DNA of 32,000 nt, from the NCBI RefSeq assembly GCF_003044035.1, contig NZ_NVQC01000015.1:60001-92000 (forward strand). The letters are read 5' to 3'. The notes under the pieces were generated by a model that did no database searches, was not told the origin of the DNA, and saw only the letters and a list, made by a program, of their open reading frames with translations. Of this stretch, positions 24,531-32,000 are shown piece after piece. Made by a program: the position numbers and the translations under genes. Origin of the DNA: Candidatus Methylomirabilis limnetica. GTDB lineage: Bacteria; Methylomirabilota; Methylomirabilia; Methylomirabilales; Methylomirabilaceae. Positions within the stretch are counted from its first letter, which is position 1, and each line of letters opens with the position of its first letter.

Positions 24531-25535
24531 TTAATGTGTCCCCGGTCCCTTGATCCAGGTCATCATGGACCGCAGATCCTTACCAACCTTCTCGATCGGA
24601 TGCTCCGCCTCCTGCTTGCGTATCGCCAGGAAGCTTGGCCGACCGGCCTGGTTTTCGAGGATCCACTCTCTGGCAAAGGCGCCACTCTGGATCTCTTCAA
24701 GTATCTTTCTCATCTCGGCCTTGACACGCTCGTCAACGACGCGGGGACCGCGGCTATAGTCCCCGTATTCCGCCGTATCGCTGATCGAATAGCGCATGTA
24801 CGCCAAGCCTCCCTGGTACATGAGGTCAACGATCAGCTTCAGCTCATGCATGCATTCGAAGAAGGCCAGCTCAGGCTGGTAGCCGGCATTTACCAGTGTC
24901 TCAAATCCGGCCTTGACCAGGGCAGAGGCCCCTCCGCACAAGACGGCCTGTTCGCCGAACAAGTCAGTTTCAGTCTCCTCGCGAAAGGTTGTCTCGAGTA
25001 CGCCGGCCCTCGTACATCCGATCCCTTTGGCATAGGCCAAGGCCATTGCCTTCGCGTTCCCCGACACGTCCTGGTGGATAGCCAGCAGCGCCGGAACGCC
25101 GCCCCCTTCCGTAAAGACCTGCCGCACAAGATGTCCCGGCGCCTTGGGCGCGATCATCGATACATCCACAGTTGGCGGAGGAAGGATTTGATGGAAGTGT
25201 ACGTTGAAGCCATGGGCAAACATCAAGGTCTTCCCTGGTGTGAGCGCTCTCTCGATTGACTCCTGGTAGACCTGTCGCTGGGTTTGGTCAGGCAGCAGCA
25301 TCATGATGACATCTGCGCTTAAGGCTGCTTCCTCACAGGTGGCGACCTTCAGCCCATCAGACTTGACCTTGTCCCACGATTTGCTCTCCCGGTAGAGGCC
25401 GACGATCACGTCGAGACCACTATCTTTAAAGTTGAGCGCATGGGCATGGCCCTGACTTCCATACCCCATGATGGCAATTGCCTTCCCTTTGAGCAGATTC
25501 AGATCAGCATCCTGGTCGTAGTACAGCTTAGTCAT
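24531..25535 (-). CDS. ilvC: Ketol-acid reductoisomerase
   Basis: [24 protein letters not shown], class I length. GGAGG lies 6 nt upstream of the ATG at 25535. The track ORF extends to 25574 and would overlap ilvN. Confidence 0.95.
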   Translation of the reverse strand: MTKLYYDQDADLNLLKGKAIAIMGYGSQGHAHALNFKDSGLDVIVGLYRESKSWDKVKSDGLKVATCEEAALSADVIMMLLPDQTQRQVYQESIERALTPGKTLMFAHGFNVHFHQILPPPTVDVSMIAPKAPGHLVRQVFTEGGGVPALLAIHQDVSGNAKAMALAYAKGIGCTRAGVLETTFREETETDLFGEQAVLCGGASALVKAGFETLVNAGYQPELAFFECMHELKLIVDLMYQGGLAYMRYSISDTAEYGDYSRGPRVVDERVKAEMRKILEEIQSGAFAREWILENQAGRPSFLAIRKQEAEHPIEKVGKDLRSMMTWIKGPGTH

Positions 25536-25557
25536 ATGCCCTCCACACCCCTCTCCC

Positions 25558-26145
25558 CTACTCGGCGAGCCCAACGACCTTCTTGGTGTCCGGCCCCTTC
25601 ACCGTCTCTTCTGTCTGTTTGCTGAGCATCTTGCTGCCTCTGGTCATAACCGTCATACCGGTTCTCGCGAACTCCTGAATACCGTACGGCCTGAGGAGTT
25701 CAATAAAGGCGTTCAACTTATCCTCGGCGCCGGTTAGCTCAACCATGTACGAAAAGGGAGCCACATCGACCACCTTGGCCCGAAAGATATCGGCGATCTG
25801 GAGAATTTCAGCTTTTGCCTCCGATTTGGCTTTCACCTTCACAAGCACAAGCTCCCGTTCGACAAACTCCTCACCAGTCAGGTCGGTGACACGGATCACG
25901 TCAATAAGCCGATTGAGCTGCTTGACCGCCTGTTCCACCACCGAGTCGTCCCCCCTCACCACAAGGCTCATCCGAGAGATGGATGGATCCATGGTCTCCC
26001 CAACGGTGAGGCTGTCGATGTTGTACCCTTTGGCGGCAATAAGGGCGGCAATACGAGCCAGGACTCCTGCACGGTTCTCGACGAGCAGGGTGATGATATG
26101 ACGCGCCCCAACCTCTTTCGGTGTCTTCCTGGCTTTGTCGCTCAT
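25558..26145 (-). CDS. ilvN: Acetolactate synthase small (regulatory) subunit
   Basis: ACT domain [33 protein letters not shown] plus the C-terminal ALS_ss_C domain. ATGA overlap with the ilvB stop. Confidence 0.93.
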   Translation of the reverse strand: MSDKARKTPKEVGARHIITLLVENRAGVLARIAALIAAKGYNIDSLTVGETMDPSISRMSLVVRGDDSVVEQAVKQLNRLIDVIRVTDLTGEEFVERELVLVKVKAKSEAKAEILQIADIFRAKVVDVAPFSYMVELTGAEDKLNAFIELLRPYGIQEFARTGMTVMTRGSKMLSKQTEETVKGPDTKKVVGLAE

Positions 26146-27884
26146 CTCAAACCCTGAAACAGCTTCTCAGGAATCGGATCACCGTAGTCTATGATCTCCT
26201 TGATCGCCCCGCCTGGTGGAATCATAGGAAAGCAATTTTCTTCACGCTCTGTGACCACATCAACGATGACCGGGCCTGGCGTGGCAAAGGCCTTCTCCAG
26301 GACCGGCCTCACCTCGTCCGGCCGCTTGGCGCGAAGTCCGACCACCCCATATGCATCTGCGAGCTTCACGAAGTCCGGCTGGATCGTCAGGTCCACCTGG
26401 GAATATCGCTTGTTGTAAAAGAGATCCTGCCACTGCCGTACCATTCCGAGATAGCCGTTGTTGATAATCACTACCTTGACTGGCAGGTTATTCTCAACGC
26501 AGGTAATAAGATCCTGATTGGTCATCTGAAAGCTCCCGTCGCCATCGATGCAAATCACAAGATCTTTGGGGAAAGCCGCCTGGGCGCCCATGGCCGCCGG
26601 GAATCCATAGCCCATCGTCCCAAGACCGCCGGAGGACAGCCATCGACGAGGTTTTCGACCTCGATAGCGCTGTGCCGCCCACATCTGGTGCTGGCCGACG
26701 CCAGTTGAGATGATCGGGTTCATCTCCTCACTGACCTCAAAGACCATGTCGATGGCATACTGCGGTTTGATTATGTCCTGCATAGGGCCGTACCGCAGCG
26801 GGTGTTTTGCCTTCCATTCCGCGATCTGGGCATACCACTCCTCAAAGTGGCCGGCCCAGTTCCGTTCGACTTGACATACTTCTTTATTAAGCTCAACGAG
26901 CACTTGCTTGACATCGCCCACAATCGGGACATCCACATGCACAGTTTTCCTGATCGAGGTAGGATCGATGTCGATGTGGATGATCTTGCATTGTTTGCCG
27001 AACTCGGACAGTTTCCCTGTCACGCGGTCATCGAATCGTGACCCGATAGCGATCATCAGATCGCAGTGAATCATCGCCATGTTCGACCAGTAGGTTCCGT
27101 GCATCCCCACCATGCCGAGCCATCGCGGATTGGATGTATTGAACGCGCCTAAACCCATGAGCGTGAGCGCAACCGGGATCTGGGTCATGTCGACGAGCTC
27201 ACGAAGCTCTTCGTACGCGTCGGCGTGAATGATCCCGCCCCCGCCATAGATGAGCGGTCGGTTAGCGGTTTTCAGTAACTCAACAGCCCGCTTAATCTGG
27301 CCCGCATGGCCTTGCGTTGTCGGCTTGTACCCGCGGATGTTCAGCTCTTGCGGATGGCCGCGATACTCCGCGCGTCCCATAAGGACGTTTCTTGGAAGGT
27401 CAACCAGCACCGGCCCAGGTCGACCGGAGCGAGCGATATGGTACGCTTCCTTCACGATCCGGGGGATATCTTCGGTCTTGAGGGCAAGAAAGTTATGCTT
27501 GGTGCAGGTGCGCGTGGTCCCAACAACATCCGCCTCTTGAAAGGCGTCGCAGCCCATGGCCGTCGTAGGCACTTGACCAGTAAAGACTACGATGGCCATT
27601 GAATCCAGCAGGGCGTCAGTCAGGCCTGTAACGGTATTGCAGGCCCCCGGTCCAGAGGTCACCATGACAGTCCCCACCTTGCCGCTGGCCTTATAGTAAC
27701 CTTCCGCGGCGTGCGTTGCGCCCTGCTCATGGCGGCAGAGGATATGACGGATCTTTGGGGCTACGGCGCTATCGGTCATCACGTCATAGGTATGCATGAT
27801 CGTGCCGCCCGGCATGCCGAAGATAGTGTCAACGCCCTCCTCGACCAGGCTCCTCAGCAATATCTCCGACCCCGTTAATTTCAT
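26142..27884 (-). CDS. ilvB: Acetolactate synthase large (catalytic) subunit
   Basis: 580 aa. N-terminus MKLTGSEILLRSLVEEGVDTIFGMPGG. ThDP motif GGLGTMGYGFPAAMGA...IDGDGSFQMT...NNGYLGMV. GAGGAG lies 8 nt upstream. Confidence 0.96.
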   Translation of the reverse strand: MKLTGSEILLRSLVEEGVDTIFGMPGGTIMHTYDVMTDSAVAPKIRHILCRHEQGATHAAEGYYKASGKVGTVMVTSGPGACNTVTGLTDALLDSMAIVVFTGQVPTTAMGCDAFQEADVVGTTRTCTKHNFLALKTEDIPRIVKEAYHIARSGRPGPVLVDLPRNVLMGRAEYRGHPQELNIRGYKPTTQGHAGQIKRAVELLKTANRPLIYGGGGIIHADAYEELRELVDMTQIPVALTLMGLGAFNTSNPRWLGMVGMHGTYWSNMAMIHCDLMIAIGSRFDDRVTGKLSEFGKQCKIIHIDIDPTSIRKTVHVDVPIVGDVKQVLVELNKEVCQVERNWAGHFEEWYAQIAEWKAKHPLRYGPMQDIIKPQYAIDMVFEVSEEMNPIISTGVGQHQMWAAQRYRGRKPRRWLSSGGLGTMGYGFPAAMGAQAAFPKDLVICIDGDGSFQMTNQDLITCVENNLPVKVVIINNGYLGMVRQWQDLFYNKRYSQVDLTIQPDFVKLADAYGVVGLRAKRPDEVRPVLEKAFATPGPVIVDVVTEREENCFPMIPPGGAIKEIIDYGDPIPEKLFQGLR

Positions 27885-27956
27885 GACCGTATCTCCTCGT
27901 ACCCCTGACCCCGTAAACTTACAGCTCTTTCGAGACGCCGAATTGGCTCAGCATCG

Positions 27957-27973
27957 ATTGGTAACTTACCAAT
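27957..27973. promoter_or_regulatory. Perfect 8-1-8 palindrome ATTGGTAA-C-TTACCAAT (candidate operator)
   Basis: Exact dyad immediately downstream of the candidate ilvB -10 box. Confidence 0.3.
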
Positions 27974-27974
27974 T

Positions 27975-28003
27975 TATCTAGCACGTCCCCCTCTTAGCGT
28001 CAA
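27975..28003 (-). promoter_or_regulatory. Candidate sigma70-type promoter for ilvBNC
   Basis: On the minus strand: TTGACG (28003-27998), a 17-nt spacer, then TAGATA (27980-27975), about 90 nt upstream of the ilvB ATG. Confidence 0.3.
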
Positions 28004-28021
28004 TGCAAATCTTCCCATACC

Positions 28022-28181
28022 GGTAACCATTCAGTTACGGGTGGAAAATCTCCCCTAGCCCCTCTTTTCCAAAGAGGGGGACTACCCGTTTCCCCCTTTG
28101 AAAAAGGGGGATTAAGGGGGATTTTATAAAAACATACCACATTTTATTTAATGATTTCCCCCCTCCCACTGAATGGTTACC
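28022..28181. mobile_element. 160-bp MITE-like element bounded by a perfect 14-bp terminal inverted repeat
   Basis: GGTAACCATTCAGT (28022-28035) is the exact reverse complement of ACTGAATGGTTACC (28168-28181). CATAC occurs just outside both ends. The interior carries two C-run/G-run hairpins (28059-28079, 28092-28110) related to 13069-13147, plus an AT-rich tail. Confidence 0.45.
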
Positions 28182-28197
28182 CATACGGGGTATCCCA

Positions 28198-29769
28198 TCA
28201 GACCCGTCGCCTCCAGCCAATGAACCACTGCAGTAAGCCTTTCAGCTCCTCAGAACCCATGCAGGCTGCCGCAGCGAGGAATACGGTAAAACTTGCCACA
28301 AGCTCGAACGTGAGCAACCCAGCGCGACGAAGCACCGGTTCAACCGTCACCGGATCACGGAAGTGGACAAGCGATACGGCGATCAGAGCCATTGCTACGG
28401 CGGCCCCGCCTAGCGGCGCGAGCGAGCGAAAGCTTAATCCGGGGAGCTGCCCCAGTCGCCGCCGTAGGACAATCAGTAACAGACCCAGGTTCACGAAGGA
28501 TGAGAGGCTTGTCGCCAAAGCCAGGCCTACAAGTCCCATTGGGCGCATCAGCAGAAGAGAAGATGCAATGTTGACCATGACGGCCACCATGCCGATCTTG
28601 ACCGGCGTCGCCGTATCCTGAAGCGAGTAGAAAGCTGGAACTAGGATGCGGTTCGACACATAGGCCCCAAGGCCGAAGGCGTAGAACAACACGACCTCAG
28701 CGGTGGCCAGGGTCACAGTCCGATCAAATGCGCCCCGCTCAAAGAGGAGTTGGACAATCGGGATCCTGAACACCATCAGGCCTACCATAGCTGGTAGTGT
28801 GACGAAGAGAACAAGACGGATCGCGTAGGCCACAGTGGCTCCAACCTCCCCAAGGGAACGGCTTGCCGCCTGCCTGGCCATGGCGGGGAACGCCGCTGTG
28901 GCAATTGCCACACCGAAAACACCGATCGGAAGCTGGATCAGTCGAAAGGCGTAGTAAAGGATCGAGATCCCCCCCTCACCCATCAGCGAAGCGAGCAAGG
29001 TGCCGACAAAAACATTGACCTGCGTAACGGCCAGCCCTGCGACCCCTGGCGTCATGAGACGTGTGATACGCCCAACAGCAGGATCGCTGAGATCGAAACC
29101 CCGGTGGGCGCCCATCCCACGTCTCCACACCACTGGAATTTGGACCAGGAGTTGGCCGACACCTCCGATCAGGACGCCGATTGCGAGTGCCATGATCGGC
29201 GGATCTACATAGGGTGTCAGAAAAAGGGCGCACCCGATCATGGCGATGTTCAGTATGCTGGGCGACAGCGCCGGGGTGGCGAAGTGACCCTGCGAATTGA
29301 GAATCCCCATGAAGAGCGCCGCTACCCCGATGAACAGGATATACGGAAACATCAACCGGGTGAGATAAATGGCAAGATGAAGTTTTTCCGGGATGGATTG
29401 GAATCCGGGGGCGATGAGCCGGACCAACCACGGCGCGAGTAAAATGCCGGCGATGGAGATCAATACGAGGAGCAGTGCCAGTAGTGTCAAGATGGTCCAT
29501 GCCAGCCGCCAGGCACTCTCGCGTCCACGCTTGGTGAACGCTTCGGTGAAGACCGGGATGAACGCCGCCGAGAGGGCCCCCTCCCCAAGTAGCTCGCGTA
29601 ACATGTTTGGGAGGCGGAAGGCAGCAAAGAAGGCGTCGGTTGCGGTTCCGGCGCCGAACGTCCTGGCAATGATCAGATCGCGGACAAAACCAAGGATACG
29701 GCTTAACAGGGTGGCCCCGCTCACCACGCCGGCAGCTCGTACGATCTTCCCCGGACGTTCCTGTTCCAT
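28198..29769 (-). CDS. murJ: Lipid II flippase MurJ
   Basis: SRILGFVRDLIIARTFGAGTATDAFFAAFRLPNMLRELLGEGALSAAFIPVF and a polytopic membrane protein. The ATG at 29769 (AAGGA upstream) is preferred over 29802, because 29802 has no SD and lies inside the predicted rpsT promoter (-35 box at 29780-29785). Confidence 0.9.
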   Translation of the reverse strand: MEQERPGKIVRAAGVVSGATLLSRILGFVRDLIIARTFGAGTATDAFFAAFRLPNMLRELLGEGALSAAFIPVFTEAFTKRGRESAWRLAWTILTLLALLLVLISIAGILLAPWLVRLIAPGFQSIPEKLHLAIYLTRLMFPYILFIGVAALFMGILNSQGHFATPALSPSILNIAMIGCALFLTPYVDPPIMALAIGVLIGGVGQLLVQIPVVWRRGMGAHRGFDLSDPAVGRITRLMTPGVAGLAVTQVNVFVGTLLASLMGEGGISILYYAFRLIQLPIGVFGVAIATAAFPAMARQAASRSLGEVGATVAYAIRLVLFVTLPAMVGLMVFRIPIVQLLFERGAFDRTVTLATAEVVLFYAFGLGAYVSNRILVPAFYSLQDTATPVKIGMVAVMVNIASSLLLMRPMGLVGLALATSLSSFVNLGLLLIVLRRRLGQLPGLSFRSLAPLGGAAVAMALIAVSLVHFRDPVTVEPVLRRAGLLTFELVASFTVFLAAAACMGSEELKGLLQWFIGWRRRV

Positions 29770-29779
29770 CAGAAATTCC

Positions 29780-29808
29780 TTGACAAGTGAGTGCCGCTCC
29801 ATTGTAAT
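29780..29808 (+). promoter_or_regulatory. Sigma70-type promoter for rpsT
   Basis: TTGACA (29780-29785), a 17-nt spacer, then TGTAAT (29803-29808), about 65 nt upstream of the rpsT ATG. Confidence 0.55.
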
Positions 29809-29874
29809 GAGTAGCGCGGTTTACCCTCCCGTGTACCGGGGGGACACGATACGCCATAAAGGAGAAGCGGAACG

Positions 29875-30147
29875 ATGCCAATAATCAAGTCAGCGCAGAA
29901 GCACATGAGGCAAAGCCAGAAGCGACGATTGCGCAATCGCGCAGCGAAGAGTAGCTTAAGGACAGTCATCAAGAAGGTGCGAGTGGGGATAGAAGAGCGT
30001 GATCGGGATGCTGCGCAGAAGGCATACCTACTTGCCGTGCCGTTAATTGATAGGGCCGCCAGCAAAGGCTTCATCCACAAGAACGCTGCGGCTCGCTATA
30101 AGTCAAGACTCGCTCTCCAGCTCCAGGCCCTCCCGTCTGCGTCGTAG
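29875..30147 (+). CDS. rpsT: 30S ribosomal protein S20
   Basis: MPIIKSAQKHMRQSQKRRLRNRAAKS...KGFIHKNAAARYKSRL. AAGGAG lies 10 nt upstream. Confidence 0.95.
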   Translation: MPIIKSAQKHMRQSQKRRLRNRAAKSSLRTVIKKVRVGIEERDRDAAQKAYLLAVPLIDRAASKGFIHKNAAARYKSRLALQLQALPSAS

Positions 30148-30150
30148 GGC

Positions 30151-31158
30151 TCACGTTCTGCAGAGGCTCCAGACCAGTCCACTCAAGACCATAGGGGCTG
30201 CAGATCTGCCCGACTTGATGGCCATGTCGGCTCGTGAGATCGACTGGAGGGCGCCCGTTAACTGCCCCCAGGAACGCGAGGCGCCTTGTTCCGCCAGGGT
30301 CGCGACGACGCGAGGCGGTAGGCGGCCGATGGTCATCCTGCTCACCGGGGTCCCCTGCTCCCGTAGTGCTTTTGCCTGAAATAGCAGGCGGATCTGGCGG
30401 GCCAGCATCCCGAGGATTTTCAAGGGCTCTTCGCCGGCATCTAAAAGACTCGTGAGACTGCGAAGCGCCCCATCCAGGTCTCTTCCCGATACGGTATCGG
30501 TCAGTTGGAAGATCGTTCGTACCCGGGTCTCACCAACCATGGCTTCGATATGTTGCGGCAGTATCTCCACGCCCTCCCCACCGAACAGCGCGAGCTTTTC
30601 CACGGCATAAATCAACTGGCGAAGATCGTCACCCACCAGGTCAATGAGCAGACTGATCGCGTCTGGCTGCAACCGCACGCCCCGCTCCTTGGCTGCTGCC
30701 ACCAGCGCTTCCTTCAACGAATCAGCCTTCATGTGATCAAAGTGGAGGACCATCCCTTTCTTTTGAATCGCCGCCGCCAATCGGGTTCTGAGGTCAAGGC
30801 TCCTCCCCGCCAGCACCAGGCAGCTTGTAGGAGAGGGATCGTTCAGATAGGCGAGCAACTCCTCCTGCTGCGCCTTCGAAAGCTCATCGACACCTCGGAC
30901 CAGGACAACCCGACGCGGCCCCAGAAACGGTAACGTCCGAGCGCTCCCCAGGATCGACTGTGTCCCTGCCTCCCCTGGCCGAATCTGGTCGAGATTGAGG
31001 TCTCTCTCGCTCTCCGTCAGCAATGCATCAAGGAGTTGGTTAAGTGCCTGTTCCCGGCGGTACTCATCCTCCCCGTAAAGACAGTAGACGAGCGCAACCT
31101 CCCCTCTGCGGACCTGTTCGGCAACCGAGTGGCCTGTCTTGACTAAGCGTCCCATCAC
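30151..31158 (-). CDS. holA: DNA polymerase III delta subunit
   Basis: 335 aa, YCLYGEDEY N-terminal block, helical C-terminal domains. The leuS-lptE-holA order matches E. coli. The start is GTG 31158 (GTGA overlap) or ATG 31155. Confidence 0.87.
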   Translation of the reverse strand: MMGRLVKTGHSVAEQVRRGEVALVYCLYGEDEYRREQALNQLLDALLTESERDLNLDQIRPGEAGTQSILGSARTLPFLGPRRVVLVRGVDELSKAQQEELLAYLNDPSPTSCLVLAGRSLDLRTRLAAAIQKKGMVLHFDHMKADSLKEALVAAAKERGVRLQPDAISLLIDLVGDDLRQLIYAVEKLALFGGEGVEILPQHIEAMVGETRVRTIFQLTDTVSGRDLDGALRSLTSLLDAGEEPLKILGMLARQIRLLFQAKALREQGTPVSRMTIGRLPPRVVATLAEQGASRSWGQLTGALQSISRADMAIKSGRSAAPMVLSGLVWSLCRT

Positions 31159-31661
31159 ACCCCGTCCAGCACCCTACTCACCACCTGGTCGGCGAGATCC
31201 GCCACCGCCCGAAGCGTTGCCTCATCCTCGGCCGCCCTGGTAGAAGTGACCCCTGACCCCGTAAAGTAGTAGGCCACACCTGTAACGCCGTCTCGGAGGA
31301 GCACCTTATCCTCCAGCCGATGTTTCACCGTAAAGGAGAACGAGATGCTCGTCCGTAGGCGCTTGGCCTGGTCTGAGGAGCTGAAGGCAAGCGGCTCTTC
31401 GGCAAACCCTTCAATGGCCCCTTCCAGAAGAGCGTCGGCGCCCTCCTCCACGACGCGGATCCGGCCTTCGGCCTTAAGCCTCCGGATCAGCGCATCTCTC
31501 AGGGCTGATAGAACGGTGGGACGAAGAGTTTTATTTTTGAGGGTCCCGATACTGATCGTCCTGACGGAGGACTGAAGAGCGCTGACCTCCCCAGACCCCA
31601 GTGGCCGATAGCCGCATCCAGCCAGCGCCAGGACTACCGCTATACAAATGATCGCCCTCAT
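31155..31661 (-). CDS. lptE: LPS-assembly lipoprotein LptE
   Basis: Lipobox VLALAGC followed by GYRP. About 168 aa, between leuS and holA. 1-nt overlap (TGATG) with the leuS stop. Confidence 0.8.
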   Translation of the reverse strand: MRAIICIAVVLALAGCGYRPLGSGEVSALQSSVRTISIGTLKNKTLRPTVLSALRDALIRRLKAEGRIRVVEEGADALLEGAIEGFAEEPLAFSSSDQAKRLRTSISFSFTVKHRLEDKVLLRDGVTGVAYYFTGSGVTSTRAAEDEATLRAVADLADQVVSRVLDGV

Positions 31662-32000
31662 CAGACTCCTCCAGTCACAATATTCACCAGCTTCTTCGGC
31701 ACCACGACCACCTTCTTAATCGGTCTGTCCTCCAGCCACACCTTGACCCGCTCGTCCGCGAGGGCTGCCTCACGCATGGCGCTGTCGTCGGCGCCCGCAG
31801 GCAGGAAGAGTCGGCTACGGACCTTTCCGTCTACCTGGATGACCATCACAATCTCCTCTGCCGTGATGACGGACGGGTCGTAGGTCGGCCATGTCGCGCG
31901 AAAGATGCTTCCGTTACGACCAAGTCGTTCCCACAGTTCCTCACACAGATGCGGCGCAAAGGGCGACAGGAGCAGCAGAAGGGTCTCGACGGCATAGCTG
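31661..32000 (-). CDS. leuS: Leucine--tRNA ligase, C-terminal part (5' end lies beyond the window edge)
   Basis: My translation of the frame, open to the window edge: ...LLLLLSPFAPHLCEELWERLGRNGSIFRATWPTYDP...VMVIQVDGKVRSRLFL...KKVVVVPKKLVNIV. This is typical of the LeuRS anticodon-binding and C-terminal domains. Confidence 0.9.
   Translation of the reverse strand, partial: SYAVETLLLLLSPFAPHLCEELWERLGRNGSIFRATWPTYDPSVITAEEIVMVIQVDGKVRSRLFLPAGADDSAMREAALADERVKVWLEDRPIKKVVVVPKKLVNIVTGGV

Noticed and set aside
24534-25259. 241-aa plus-strand ORF
   Set aside because: It lies entirely antisense to ilvC, which has unambiguous motifs. Its Arg/Leu/Pro-rich composition is typical of a shadow ORF in GC-rich DNA.
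27902-27917. 16-nt exact match CCCCTGACCCCGTAAA between the ilvB leader and the lptE coding region (31250-31265), with an 11-nt partial match at 13062-13072
   Set aside because: About 0.2 or more exact 16-mers are expected by chance in a 32-kb GC-biased window. One copy is inside a conserved CDS, and there is no extended similarity.
28035-28220. 61-aa ORF (…SPLIPLFQRGKRVVPLFGKEGLGEIF…)
   Set aside because: It is a direct translation of the C-run/G-run hairpin repeats inside the TIR-bounded element, not a gene.
28976-29881. 301-aa minus-strand ORF
   Set aside because: It is an alternative frame of murJ running into the rpsT promoter region. Its Arg/His/Pro-rich sequence is typical of an out-of-frame reading.

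Overview
32-kb chromosomal segment from a GC-rich bacterium with a diderm-type envelope gene set (lptE, murJ, PBP1A with OB insert). It also carries the RNase Y/YmdB pair. I cannot assign a taxon from sequence alone. I call 31 protein-coding genes, 29 of them on the minus strand, and almost all are core housekeeping. Reading the minus strand from right to left: leuS (3' part)-lptE-holA | rpsT (+) | murJ | ilvB-ilvN-ilvC | metF | miaA-aroA-cmk-plsC-rpsA-sppA-ihfB | HIT protein-DUF151 nuclease | orphan coiled-coil protein | pheT-zapB-like-zapA | rny-ymdB-folD-small ORF-DUF971-two MDR dehydrogenases | one hypothetical. mrcA (PBP1A) sits on the plus strand at the left edge. Many junctions are 1-nt or 4-nt start/stop overlaps, indicating translational coupling. 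I found no rRNA, tRNA, CRISPR array, transposase, integrase, or recognisable toxin or defence gene, and no convincing new protein-based system. The unusual content is non-coding. Seven of the twelve spacers longer than 90 bp are filled with short interspersed repeats of several families: (a) tandem heptanucleotide arrays (TCAGCNN, GGCTGAA/CCTTCAG, GTTTCGG); (b) C5T3/A3G5 hairpin modules; (c) CCCCGCGGC palindromes; (d) an 89-nt multi-hairpin module. Two loci look like non-autonomous, MITE-like insertions with terminal inverted repeats and possible target-site duplications, and one of them is nested. Secondary points of interest: a 417-bp gene-free spacer between zapA and rny with twin hairpin modules; a stand-alone 341-aa coiled-coil protein where pheS would be expected; a translationally coupled DUF971 plus two-MDR-dehydrogenase cassette; and a lower-GC HIT/DUF151 pair. 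All promoter, terminator and RNA calls are by-eye predictions with low confidence.
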